Shown here: piece after piece, positions 1-13,000 of the stretch
How the letters are laid out: each line of letters opens with the position of its first letter
Position numbering within the stretch: the stretch's first letter is position 1
Assembly (NCBI GenBank): GCA_034780895.1
Contig: JAUZTB010000075.1
Coordinates: 12,974,447 to 13,038,446, forward strand
Reading direction: 5' to 3'
Source of the DNA: Rhynchobatus australiae
Taxonomy: Eukaryota
DNA: 64,000 nucleotides
Position numbers and translations under genes: made by a program
The notes under the pieces: generated by a model
The model's input: the letters and a program-made list of their open reading frames with translations, nothing else
Database searches by the model: none
What the model was told of the DNA's origin: nothing

Positions 1-525
1 CCTGACACCAGGAAGGCAACACACCATCCTGGAGTCTCGATTGTGGCCACAGAAATGCCTATATTCACCCCTTACTATTGAGTCGCCCATCACCATCGCT
101 CTGCCTAACTTCACCCTTGCCTTCTTCACCCCAGAGCCAACACAGTGTCACTGACCTAGCTACTGGTGCTGGCCTCTGAAAGGTCATCCCCCCCCAAAAG
201 TATCCAAAGGGGGTATACCTGTTAGTGAGGGGAATGGCAACATGGGAACCCTGTTCAGTCTGCCTGCTCCACTTACTTCTCCTGGTGGTCACCCATCTAT
301 CTGTAGCCTGCATCGGAGATGTGACGATCTCACTAAAACTCGCATCAACGATGTTCTCAGATTCCCAGATGATCCTGAATACAACCAACTCCAGCTCCAG
401 TTCCTTCACCTGGTCTGTCAGGAGCTGTTGGTGGGTGCACTTCCCACAGATGTAGTCATCAGGGAGACCATGAGGTTCTCTGACTTCCCACATCTTGCAG
501 GAGGAGCACTCCACAGCCCTGACTA
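1..525 (-). mobile_element. CR1-type LINE ORF1 fragment (Zn-finger/leucine zipper running into the esterase domain)
   Basis: Minus-strand peptide VECSSCKMWEV...DDYICGKCTHQQLLTDQVKELELEL (CxxC...CxxC plus heptad Leu), then frameshifted. Confidence 0.8.
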
Positions 526-689
526 CAGTGTCAAAGGTAGAAGTGACAGATTTGTGAGGCATTGCTGAGAAGTTTAGTGAATTGCTACAGTGCATCTTGT
601 AGATGGTACACAGGACAGCCTTGGTGTTAATAACAGAGTTTGAGGTGATGGATGGAGTGTTATGGTCCAAACAATGTTGAGCTCCTTGA

Positions 690-895
690 ACACTGCTGCT
701 GTCTTAGTGAAGCAGCCAGCATAATCAAAGACCCCACCCACCCAGGTCATTCTCTCTTCTCTCCTCTTCCATCAGGTAGNNNNNNNNNNNNNNNNNNNNN
801 NNNNNNNNNNNNNNNNNNNNNNNNNNNNNNNNNNNNNNNNNNNNNNNNNNNNNNNNNNNNNNNNNNNNNNNNNNNNNNNCTGATCTTAACCTAAC
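690..895 (+). mobile_element. Rex1/L2-like LINE ORF2 3' fragment
   Basis: Peptide EAASIIKDPTHPGHSLFSPLPSG; same family as 28575-29340. Confidence 0.7.
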
Positions 896-1300
896 TTGCC
901 TCTGTGGATGAGTCCTCCACCTCTTTTACCCCCCTACCCCCCTCTATTGTATGCAGGACCTCATCTGCCTCCTCTTGCATACTCCTGCCTATGTCATTGG
1001 TACCTATATGGACTACAGCCTCTGGCTGCTCACCCTCCTTTCTCAGAATGTCCTGTACCTGCTGCGAGACATCCTTGACCCTGCCACTAGGAAGGCAACA
1101 CACCATCCTGGAGTCTTAATTCCAGCCACAGAAATACATATCTGCACCCCTCACTATCAAGTCCCGTATCACTCTCTCTCTGCCTGACTTCACCGTTCCC
1201 TTCTTTGCCTCAGAGCCGTGATGGTCTCTGCAAGATCATCCCTCCCCAACCCCAAAGGGAGGGGAATGGCCACAGAGGAATCCTGCTCTGTCTGCTTACT
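896..1300 (-). mobile_element. Second CR1-type LINE ORF1 fragment (SGNH esterase domain)
   Basis: Peptide VCCLPSGRVKDVS...VVHIGTNDIGR. 1079-1215 is a diverged copy of 1-140. Confidence 0.8.
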
Positions 1301-1589
1301 CGAGAACATAGAACAAGAGACGTTTTCCAAAATTATTCATAACTGAGGTAAAGAAGTGAAGACAAAAACTAATAAACGGAAAGGTTGATTTGCTGTTCCA
1401 CTGCCAAAACTTGGATGAAACAAAAAAGCATGTTAATGAAACAGAAGGACCCAGATCCTGAAGCCAACTGTGATCTCATAGGTGTAGAAGTACAAAAATA
1501 TCTGCAGACTTGTTAAACAGCACATTTGTNNNNNNNNNNATTACCATATATCAAAAACCATTTAGGGCAACAAGTCTAGAACGTCTACA

Positions 1590-2960
1590 AAAACATTAAC
1601 AAAAAATAGGAGCAGCAGTAGAATACCAAGCTCCTTAAGCCTGTCCTACCATTCAATATGGTCATGGGTGATCTGCCCCATTCTGTTTTATACCAGTTCC
1701 ACATGGTCCCGATTCCCAGATCTTTGGAAGAAAATGTCAACTTCCCTCCTCTTTAAGTGATCTGACTTTCATAACCTTCCAGGGTGGAGAATTCCAAACA
1801 TTTGCTACCTTTTATGAGAAGCATCTCAGTTTTAAATGACAGCCCCCTTATCTTGTAACACAGTCTCCTTGTTCAAGGTAATCTCACTCATGGAAGTATC
1901 TCAGCATCTACCCTGTCATGCCCCCTTAGGGTCTTGTATGTTTCAATAAGATTACCCCTGAACTCCAAAGAATACAGATCTAACATTTTTTAACCAATTG
2001 TGATAGGGCAGCCCTCTCTCAGGAACCAACCTATTGAATCTCTTTTGGATTACCTTCATTGCTAGTATATCTGTTATTAAATAAGGCAATGAAAACTGTA
2101 CACTGCTCCAGGTGTGGCCTCACCAACATGCTATACAGTTGTAACAATGCTTCTCTCTTTCTAAACTCTAGCCCCTTCTCAATACAGACTGACATATCAT
2201 TTGACTTCCTAACTACTAGCTGCACCTGTATGCTAACCTTTTGTGTTTCATGCACAAGAATACTTGGAATCTGCTACTCCACTTCTTTGCAGTCTCTCTC
2301 CATTTAGGTAATAGTCTGCCTTTTGATTTTTCTTAGTGAAGTGTGTAACTACACTTCCCTACATTAAACTTCATTTAACAAGTTTTGCCCATTTACTCAA
2401 CCCGTTCATATCCTTTTGCAGATTCCAGACTTCCCCATTGCAGCATGCCCTCCCACCTATTTTCATGCTATCAGCAAACTCAGGTATCTTAATCTCTTCC
2501 CCCTTCCCCATATCATCAACAGGGGAGGGACAAGAACTGATGCTTGCTGCAGTCCACTGATTGCATCCTTCCGGACTGAAAAATAGAACATTTATTCAGA
2601 CTCTCTATGGGATAAACATTCTTAAATCCATGTTAACACACTTCCCCAATGCTGTGGGATCTTATCTTGAATACCAGCCTTTTATGTGACATCTTATCAA
2701 AAGCCTTCTGGAAATCAAAATATACTACATCTACAAGCTCTTCTCTTACTTGCTTATTACATCCTGGAAGAACTCCAGCAAGTTTGTCAAACGTGATTTT
2801 CCTTTCTTGTTAACTCGATTTGATTGCTTTAGTTCTTCCTTGATCATCGACTCCTGCTCCTTGCTGACAGCAAATTCAGGATAACTGACCTATAGTTTCC
2901 TGCTTTTTGTCTTCCTCTTCTTGAACATGGAAGTTAGATTTGTGGTTTTTCAATCCACTG
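1590..2960 (-). mobile_element. Degenerate CR1 LINE ORF2 (reverse transcriptase C-terminal half and 3' tail)
   Basis: Minus-strand peptide EALLQLYSMLVRPHLEQC and other RT remnants. Boundaries approximate. Confidence 0.75.
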
Positions 2961-3944
2961 GCACCCTTACAGAACTCTGTTTAAATGGAGTATTTAATAA
3001 CATTCAGTAGTGTGGAAAATCTGCTAGTCTAGCACCACCAAAGTCCTGAGTGTGCTGGATTAACAGACCTTTATTGTGTCCTGGCACTCGTGATACTAAA
3101 TCAGTGTTGGTTCCCAAACTCACCAAAAGGATATTCCATGTATATACAAGTCATTCACGTGATGACACCAAGCAACCTAATTTGAAAATGCATCAAGTAT
3201 CTGCAACCATATTCAGGGAATTGTGATCCAAGGACCCTCTTCAAATTAAGAGATCAGGGGTTGATTGTTTTAATCCCTTGGTTTTATTGTTGACCCTTGT
3301 AACAACAAAATTTGCCCTTTTGATTTCTAAAATCCGAAGAGTTACTTGCTTTAGCTTGTCTGATTTGTCTCTCCCCAATACAGGGCTGCATTGTAAAGAA
3401 AAGCTTGAACTTGTATAACACGTTATGCCTCAATGCCTATGTTTTTTTTTAATTTATCAAATTACTTTTGAATTGAAGTCACAGACCATAGAAATAAATC
3501 AATAATCTGATTGTCCTNNNNNNNNNNNNNNNNNNNNNNNNNNNNNNNNNNNNNNNNNNNNNNNNNNNNNNNNNNNNNNNNNNNNNNNNNNNNNNNNNNN
3601 NNNNNNNNNNNNNNNNNGTTTTTTTTTAATTTATCAAATTACTTTTGAATTGAAGTCACAGACCATAGAAATAAATCAATAATCTGATTGTCCTCCTAAT
3701 CTGTTTGAAGTTGATTGGAAACAGTGAAGTTGGTAAGGACAACTGTGTGAATTACTTTGTCCTTGAATGAGTAATACTTTGGGTCAAATATTAGTTTGAT
3801 AGAACTTCATTTTAACAGACCATGGAGCAAACTTTTTTTCGTGGAGAATCAGTTTGTGTAGATAGAAATAAACAAATAATAAAATTATTTAGATAGAGGT
3901 ATTTTTAAATATGCCAAGTGAACTAAGCAAGAATAATAAAAGTA

Positions 3945-4115
3945 ATAAACAATCTGCTGGAAGGACTCAGCGAGTTGAGTCGCTTTCTGAGGCAGGGTTT
4001 CGACCCGCAACGTCGACATTTCCTTTACCTTCACAGATGCTGCTCGACCTGCTGGGTTCCTCCAGCATGTAGTTTGTTGCTCCTGATTCTAGTGTTTGCA
4101 GTCTCCTGTTTCTCC
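3945..4115. mobile_element. Inverted-repeat relic of a Penelope-like element end with a hammerhead-like core
   Basis: tgctggaaggactcagcgagttgag ... ctcgacctgctgggttcctccagca form imperfect inverted arms around ctgaggcagggtttcgacccgcaacgtcgac. Confidence 0.55.
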
Positions 4116-4124
4116 AATAAGAAA

Positions 4125-4395
4125 GAGCTGTCTGTAAGGAGTTTGTATGTTCTCCTGTGTCTGCGTGGGTTTCCTCCGGGTGCTCCGGTTTCCTCCCACA
4201 TTCNNNNNNNNNNNNNNNNNNNNNNNNNNNNNNNNNNNNNNNNNNNNNNNNNNNNNNNNNNNNNNNNNNNNNNNNNNNNNNNNNNNNNNNNNNNNNNNNN
4301 NNNGTAGGTTAATTAGGGGTTTAAAATGGGCGGCGCAGAATCGTTGGGCTGGAAGGGCCTGTTACCACGCTGCAAATAAAATTTTAAAAAATTTA
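4125..4395 (+). mobile_element. 5'-truncated tRNA-derived V-SINE/HE1-like SINE (contains a 100-N gap)
   Basis: Body gtgggtttcctccgggtgctccggtttcctcccaca and CR1-like tail gggctggaagggcctgttac. Confidence 0.75.
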
Positions 4396-4441
4396 AAAAG
4401 TGAGTTGTTTTCTATCCTGGTGAACCAAATGCAGAAATTAA

Positions 4442-4612
<171 letters not shown>

Positions 4613-6222
4613 TGAGAGTGCTTGCTTAAAAGGATACAATTGCTTAGGCATTTCTTGATTCTGCACTTTTGATGTGATGGGAATAACTAGACAAACAAGT
4701 ATTTTCAGTTGATAAATTTGCACAACATAAGCGACAATGCAAACTTGCATTTGTTTTATACATTTCACAATGTCAGGTAACTGGATGATTACTTTTTTAA
4801 AGTAAAGCCACTGTTGTAGAGTAAAAAATATGACAAACAGTGTATTTAGAGCAAATAACACCAACAGTAATGTGTTTAAGTGATCACAGAATCACAATGC
4901 TCACAACATGGAAGAAGGCCAGTCTGGCTCAAGAGCAGTCTGGCTCAATATAAGAGCAGTCCAGCAAGTCTTGCTCCTCTGGTGGACAAGAAACAACTTA
5001 CTGGCAGGGATACCTCCCTGGTTCTCTTCAAGTCTTTTCCTGCCATCTTTTACATCCAATTAAGTGGGCAGATATCTTAACTGAAAGATGGCACTTCTGA
5101 TGGTATGGAAATCGGTGTAACAGTCAGGGAGAAAAACTATTTTGGATTGGAGGATGTTAAATCTTCCTGTAGGAAGGAAGTTCAGTTTTATCTTTTACGT
5201 CTCTGCCTTTTTGATTGTCTCAGTTGTTATAAAGTGCAACTGATGAATAATACAATATTTCTAATTGTTTTAAATAAATGCTTTGGCATAGGAAGGATTC
5301 ATGCCTTGTGGATAAGTTTACAGAGTTTACCTAAATATAAAGATATTTTGTGGGGAGGGAACTTTAAAAGTGCCCAAACTGTTAAAGTTGACCAGGTTCT
5401 TCATTCCATAATACTAAAGATCGAGCTGTACATAGTTTGAAATGTCCATTTATGTAATGTTAATTAAATATAATTGTTAACTTTGTTTTCTTCTTAAGAT
5501 TATTAAAATAAGATCCCAGAACAGATCACCTTAATGATGATAACTTCATGTTCCACTTTGGAATCATATAGTGAAGCCAAGCTACTGAAAGTCAACTTAC
5601 TTGAGGCCATCTTGTCATAACATACCACGTGGATGGCATTATACTTGTGAAAGTCTTCACATTGATCAAGGGTGAATACTGGAGTTCAATGATTGATAGC
5701 AACATTTTTCGATTCAATCTGTAGTCCGTTTGATATACATGGGATAATATGGTTTGGAGGATTTTCCATCTGAATGTTACACTGATTGCTATACTCATGC
5801 AGTTGCAAAGTAATCACAGGGCAGTTATTAATTAATGCACTAAGCTTGATAAAATGGGAATTGATGGTGGTGTAACTTAAGTTCATGTGTTTGTCTACAA
5901 CAAATCCAGATGAGTTGTACGTAAGAGATTCCTACATTTAAAACACTTCTCACACATGGGTACCTGCAAATGGAATAGCTTAGCTGTCAATTTTTCCCAG
6001 TAACTAAAATTAGAAAGAGCAGGGAGGATTCAAAGCTAGCAAAGGCTTGTTTGCAAAGTGTAGGAACTACTCCATCTCGCCAGGAGCATTAATCTGTGGG
6101 TGACTGTCTATAGAAATTACTTTAAGCAATTGCTTTACATTGTGAGAAAACAAAAGGTCCCTTTGCTTGTATTTTAGTCAACTTTAATTCTAAAACAATT
6201 TTGATGCAAGAACAATTGTTGA

Positions 6223-6465
<243 letters not shown>

Positions 6466-8157
6466 TAAATATTTTAGTTTGTTTCTTCTTGTGTTCCTGG
6501 TCAATTCCATTTGAGCACTGGAGTAATACTTGAACACTGAAATTAATAGTAGATTAGGAGAGGTTTCCAAAATGTTTTGTTTGGTCAAATCCTCTTCATA
6601 ATGCACCATCATCAGAAGCAGGCATACTATTGGCAAGACAAAAGTTGTGTTAAAGTTAAGGGAAAGGATGTTTGGAAAGCTACAAACGACTGAAGACATT
6701 GAATTTTCAATATCATGGGATCATGTTCAGATCTGTGATACTTGTGTTTAGGCTATATGACCCTACCTTTCCTTCACCTCCTATCTTTGCCTGGTTTGAT
6801 GTTCAAGATATGTTTTGCCTCTATTTGTGACTGCTCGGTTGTTAGGATGGTAGGACATGAGCTACGTTGCTGATCCCTTTCCTTTTTGTTGGCCACACTG
6901 TTCCTGACTTGTTTCAAAACAAANNNNNNNNNNNNNNNNNNNNNNNNNNNNNNNNNNNNNNNNNNNNNNNNNNNNNNNNNNNNNNNNNNNNNNNNNNNNN
7001 NNNNNNNNNNNNNNNNNNNNNNNNNNNNNNNNNNNNNNNNNNNNNNNNNNNNNNNNNNNNNNNNNNNNNNNNNNNNNNNNNNNNNNNNNNNNNNNNNNNN
7101 NNNNNNNNNNNNNNNNNNNNNNNNNNNCTCAGNNNNNNNNNNNNNNNNNNNNNNNNNNNNNNNNNNNNNNNNNNNNNNNNNNNNNNNNNNNNNNNNNNNN
7201 NNNNNNNNNNNNNNNNNNNNNNNNNNNNNNNNCTCTTGGGGGGGGGGGGGGAATGAGAAGAAGTAAAATACAATTTTTAAAAGTTAAGCAGGGCTTTTCC
7301 AAGGGTAATAAGAATCTGCTGGAAATCAATAATTATTTAATTGATCTGAAATGAATGCATTCATGTATATTGACAGCTCTTCCTAAAAGAATAACCTTGC
7401 CAGGGAATTATTTTGACAATCCTACTGTTTGAAATTTCTTCGCTTCATTTATGCAAATTAAAGCTTTTAGTAAGCTTAAGTATTTGCTTTATCACAAAAC
7501 AATCAAACAGGAGTTAAAACTTGATTAAAAGATGTGTCTTATTAAGATGGGCAAGTATTTGAATGTTTACTATCTACCTTCATGTTGATCATAGGCTGTT
7601 GGCAGTCATTTTATAATGTCTACTTGCTGTGTCACAATGATTAGATGTGAATTTAGACTTGTGCTTCCCAACATTATTGCTATTTACTTATCTATACTTT
7701 CAGGAGGAGGTTCCTAGTGAGGTCTAGTCTATGAAATGGTGTGACTCCTGAGCTAGTCATTTTTCCCTCCCAATGCAATATTCAAATGGTGTTGTTTAAG
7801 GCCTGGGTAGTTACTCCGAAGGAATATTGCTAGGACCAAAGAGAAGCTATATTGGTATAACATGGTGAAATGGTAGCTGTGCCTTAGGTATTGTTTGCAT
7901 CTGTGATGTATGTTATTTTAGTTTATGTATGAGAATGGACCCTTCACAAAGTGAAGTTGGAAATGAAGGTGCAGGAGTAAACATGTTATAGAATTGAAAA
8001 TGAAACCTGTCTCGGAACATGCATAATTTAAATAATTTATGATCTGTATGGATGGCATGCAAAACAAATTTTTTCACTGTACCCGGTACATGAGACAATA
8101 ATAAATCAATTTACTAGTACGTATGTTTTCTTGAGACAGAAGCTGCTGTAATACTGA

Positions 8158-8316
<159 letters not shown>

Positions 8317-9046
8317 TGAGATCTATTTGCATTGACAGTGCATGAAAATATCATGTAAAACTTGGATCCATGTCCAGCTGAGATTTACGGTCAGCGTGTA
8401 ATAGTGACTTCACTGTGATGGTACAGTGTATTTTGGTTCCAGCATGCTGTGCCACGAAATTAAGTGAGCCCCATTTGTGTATGTGAGACTTCACAATTTG
8501 AGATATTGATCTTGTCCTTGAATGGAGGTGCCAAGCAGAGATCTATAATTGGAGAAGTCAAGTAGAAATTATACACTCACTGCCCAAAGCAAATTACTGA
8601 CCTCACATTAGTGTCACATTCTAATTAACATTTCTTCAACAGTAATTTAGGTTCTCTCGGGGAGCAGAACAGCCTCTAAGTTAATTGAACGTTTTTACAC
8701 TTCTAGCTATATTAAGTGAGAAATTGTGGCTGAAAAAAATGTACATAGATTTTCAACCACAATTATTTCAATACATTTTTCAATATGCAACTGAAGTATT
8801 TTATCAATGCATAGTTAAGTGTCAGAAACCTTTGGAGGTTTTAATGGGTTGAGAAAATAAAATTAATCTGGTGCACATTCATACTCATCTTGTAGATTTT
8901 ATGGCTAATGCTGTATAAGTCTACATAGACCCAAAAACACTCTTTGATAGGATTAGAGGAAAAATATGAGCAAATAATGTGTACTACTTGAGCTATGATA
9001 AAATAGTGAACTCACTCAATAATTTAATAATAACTTTGTTCTGCAG

Positions 9047-9126
9047 AACTCTCCCATTCCAGCAAAGCTTGTTGAGCCAGTAAAAGCGAGTGAAGCTGCT
9101 GCTAAGAAGACACAGCCNNNNNNNNN
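9047..9126 (+). CDS. AAK1: AAK1 exon ~10: [24 protein letters not shown]... (3' end inside a 10-N gap)
   Basis: ctgcag| acceptor. Peptide matches AAK1 [27 protein letters not shown]. End coordinate is inferred. Confidence 0.9.
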
Positions 9127-9880
9127 NGCATGACCTTGTGTATAATTAAGTGGAGCAGGTGCTTGCCTTTTCAGGAAAAGCTGTATTAGACTTTTGGGAT
9201 CAATATTTCGTCTATTGTTTTCAGGAGGTTAACCTTTTGAATCAAGAATGACATTCTGCTTGAGCATTTGTGGAGTTGGTTGAGGGTTGGAGGTCGGGTG
9301 ATGAAGCTCAGTTGTCTCATTTGGGATGGTAAATGAACACCAAATAGGGCTGGAACATGATAAGTCACATGACATTGTTTTCAGAATATTTCAGTATCAT
9401 GTTAATTGTTAGGAAGCTGATTTATTGTTCATAGAGAACTGAAGTGAAAATGTTCTATTTAGTTGTTCAGCAACACCATCGAAATGGTATAGTGTAAGTC
9501 TATTGAAATGTTATTCTTGAAGAGGTTTTCATGGTTATGAAGTAAGATCACTATATTTGATTATAATGGAAAGTTTAAGTTGCATTCTCCCATTATCTGA
9601 AGAATTATGATAGAGTTAAATAATACTGAGTTTTGATTACACTTATCAGTGAGATAGGAATTGGAAAGCACAAAACTCTTTGAAAACTCCACAGACTTGG
9701 ATAAAAATGGTTCATGCCATTTCAGTGAGTTCCATTCTATTGAGTATTTTGTTCTCTTGTTTCCAGATTGCATTGCTAAGAAAGAAGAAAACTAAAATGG
9801 GTGGAGAGAGATGCATGTCACAATGAATTGGGTTTTGGTATTGTTCACACTCACTAAGTATAATATATTTTCTCACTTAG

Positions 9881-10035
9881 GCTTACGGATCCAACTCCTC
9901 CCACTGAGACCTCAATAGCTCCTCGCCAAAGGCCCAAAGCTGGACAGGCTCCAGCCAACCCAGGAATGCTGCCAATTCAACCTTCTCTGACACCACGAAA
10001 GAGACCGTCTGCTCAGGCAGTTGCACCACCAGCAG
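9881..10035 (+). CDS. AAK1: AAK1 exon ~11: [51 protein letters not shown]
   Basis: cttag| acceptor, |gtctgt donor, 155 nt, conserved [13 protein letters not shown]. Confidence 0.95.
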
Positions 10036-13000
10036 GTCTGTTTGTTTGTATCCATGTTCTCTGTAGTTTGAAATACTTCTCTGCTGTGGGCCTGCGAGTA
10101 TTTTAATTATCATCTAAGTGCATCATGTATGCCCTTCAATTTTCTGGTACCAAGTAAATACACTGATGTGCAGAGGGTGAGAATTTAAAATGTTAATGTC
10201 ACGTAATTTTTTTTCAAACCACTCAAAAATTTCTAACAAGCTCCAGTCTCACAGTTTCCCATATTAGAAGATATAAATATCAATAGAGTATTCATGGAAA
10301 AACATAGAATTCTAGTATTTCAGTAGAATAATGTAAGCACATCTGCTGGGTGTAGTTGTGAGTCAGAAAGTGAGTGGACCCTCTGATTGTTTCCCCTACA
10401 GAGAAGTATGCTTCTCTCGCCCTGTGTCAGGCTGACAATTGGGAAATACTGCCTGTGTATGGATTTCATAACTCTGCAATCAGCATATAATAGAGACTTT
10501 GCTGTGATGGCACACTTTTTTTAACGTATATCTGAATGAGCCATTCTGGGGATTGCAAAGACAGATGAGTTCAGTTCACTAAAATGTAGATAATTCATTT
10601 GTTGTCCTCATGAAATAAGTAATTCCTCCCCCATTCTCTTCCTGTGCATTGATCTTATTGTATGAAGAAGACATAATTTCTGGCTTGTTTTTCATTATAT
10701 GAATAACTAGTTCCCTTGGTTGCACTTCTCGCAGTTTGGTTTAAAACAAATTTCCACATCCACTTGCTTTCTGCTCTTTTGTATCTGGTGTACCATTTAG
10801 AAGATTACCTCCCTCAAGATAAAAAAAATCAAGTTTCTACTAACAGTCAACTTCCATCTCAAAGCTGCACTCTAGATTTTGAACGTCCATCTTATGCCAA
10901 GAATCAGACACTGAAGGTGTGGTCTGATTGGATCACTTTGTGGTGTGGCCTTCTACACTACGTTGGGCTATGCTGTTTGGCATTCCATTGGTTTCATTGA
11001 TCGTTGTCTTAAGCAGGTAGACCTGTTGAGCAGGAAATCTACAAGAACTATAGATTTCATTTGGCTTTTCCCTTAGCCTCTGCAGCAACATACTGTAAGT
11101 TATAAATTTCACCTGTTATTGAACTGGTTGACATATATTAAAAAAGCCACCTCATAGTTTTTTCTTTGAATTGCTATTGCCAGAAGGTTTGGGCAATTTG
11201 CTTTGTGCTTCTGAATCCGAATACTAAAGTTAATGAGGAGCCATCAGATCCCATCACTCAGCACAAAGATTCATTTCTCATCATCTTCTCTTTTCCAAAT
11301 ATTGACCAATCCTTTTCTACCTTCTAAGTTTCCTTGCAAACACAAAATTGCAAGTTTAGCATTAGATTTTTCTGCAGGGCTCTGTCAAATCAACTTTGGA
11401 AGTCAAAATGTACCACATCTTGAGGTTGTTCCTGTCCAATGGGAGATTAACTCTCAAGGATTGGTCAGGCATGATGAAAACCACAAATGAAATAGTCAAA
11501 TATAGGGTTTCACAAGTTTACTTCTGACAATTTAAATCCACTNNNNNNNNNNNNNNNNNNNNNNNNNNNNNNNNNNNNNNNNNNNNNNNNNNNNNNNNNN
11601 NNNNNNNNNNNNNNNNNNNNNNNNNNNNNNNNNNNNNNNNNNTTATACCTCATAAAAAAAGTGTATCCAAAATATCATAAATATTACTTAATCTACTTAA
11701 TACTGAAAGGTAAATGTACAGTGCAATCATGAAATAATAATGCATTTTTGCACAGTTTTGATTTACCATAAGTATTGTAATGTTCCCACAGTGGAAATTA
11801 AGAAATTAGGTTTCACTAATAATATGAGTGCCTTATGAGCTGGGTATTAAATTTGTTCCCCTGACACCCACATTATATCAAGGTTTCACTATATTTCCTT
11901 TATTAAGTGAAGAAAATGATGCAAGTTATTATTAATTTTGCTTAGCAATTCATTAGTGTTGCTTTCAAAAGCAATATTTAACTAAAAAAAATAACCACGA
12001 ACAGAATCTCATCATTCACCCTATTGCCATTATATGGCAACTTCCCGCAGCCTTCCTTTCTCATCCAGCAAGATGCTGGATTAGTCAACTAGTCTTCAGA
12101 ATCCATATTACAATCTGGATGGCTCAATTGTGCATGAATAAATCATTTTCAGGTTTCATATGAAAGCTGGTAAAAGTATTATCAATGAAATGCTAGGTTG
12201 TACAAAGATAGTTTGCACTGTTTGCTCATAATATTCCAAGCACTTAAGAAAGAAAATGCATGTATTTATGATATTATAAAACAGCTAATATAACAAGAAA
12301 GCTATTCTCCCCGCATGAAAAAGTTGACTTCAGTATTAACACCCAGTACACTTAAGACCCAAATGGCTTTCAGCAGAACAAGATCTTGCACCAGTTCATG
12401 ATGACGTTCTTGATAGTATTCAATGCCTGATGCACAAGAACAGCAGCTGAGTTGTAACCTGCATGCCAACTACCAGTGTCTGAATAAGATAACGTAGGCT
12501 CACATAAGGACTTGAAAAGCCATTCCATCCTCCATGGTTGGCCAAGGAACATTTTAAGCTATGTTGCTTTCAGTAAACAATCAAATTTTATGCAGTGTTG
12601 GGCCTAATAATGCTGTGATTAGAATAAATTATATTTGTGACAGAGTATACAAATGCTTTCTGATCTCAGTAAACTACACACAATATTTAAACACTGAAAA
12701 TGATAAGTTGAAATAATTAGACATCTAACCTGCTAGATGTTCAGGTATCTCTCCAGTTCTCCTCTAAAAGAAATCTAATTGAATCTGCTTTTACTACTTG
12801 TTCGGGCAGCAAATTCCAGAACATGATTATTCATTGCCTGACATTATTGTTTCCTCGTGTCGCCCCTGGTTCTTTTATGAGTCACCTTAAATCCACACCC
12901 TTTATTTCTTGGTTTATTGTTATCAATTGCTTTGCTGCCTTTGGAAATGTATGTTACATGAGCTTGTGTAAAAGTGTTGATAATTGAGTCTCAGCTGAGT

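Noticed and set aside
3441-3694. 77-bp direct repeat flanking a 100-N gap (similar cases at 17640/17771, 23484/23595, 40624/40754, 45897/46026)
   Set aside because: Identical or near-identical sequence on both sides of fixed-size gaps is typical of unmerged contig overlaps, so this is an assembly artefact rather than LTRs, target-site duplications or CRISPR-like repeats
6867-7329. Long ORFs spanning N runs (also 3975-4452, 17536-17866, 28014-28221, 35913-36156)
   Set aside because: Open only because Ns are not read as stop codons
12384-12485. Box C (ATGATGA 12398) and box D (CTGA 12427) with a short flanking stem; cgttcttgat is complementary to a recalled 18S rRNA segment
   Set aside because: C-D spacing is only ~22 nt, the complementary 10-mer is not adjacent to a D/D' box, and there is no convincing C' box or terminal stem for a longer snoRNA
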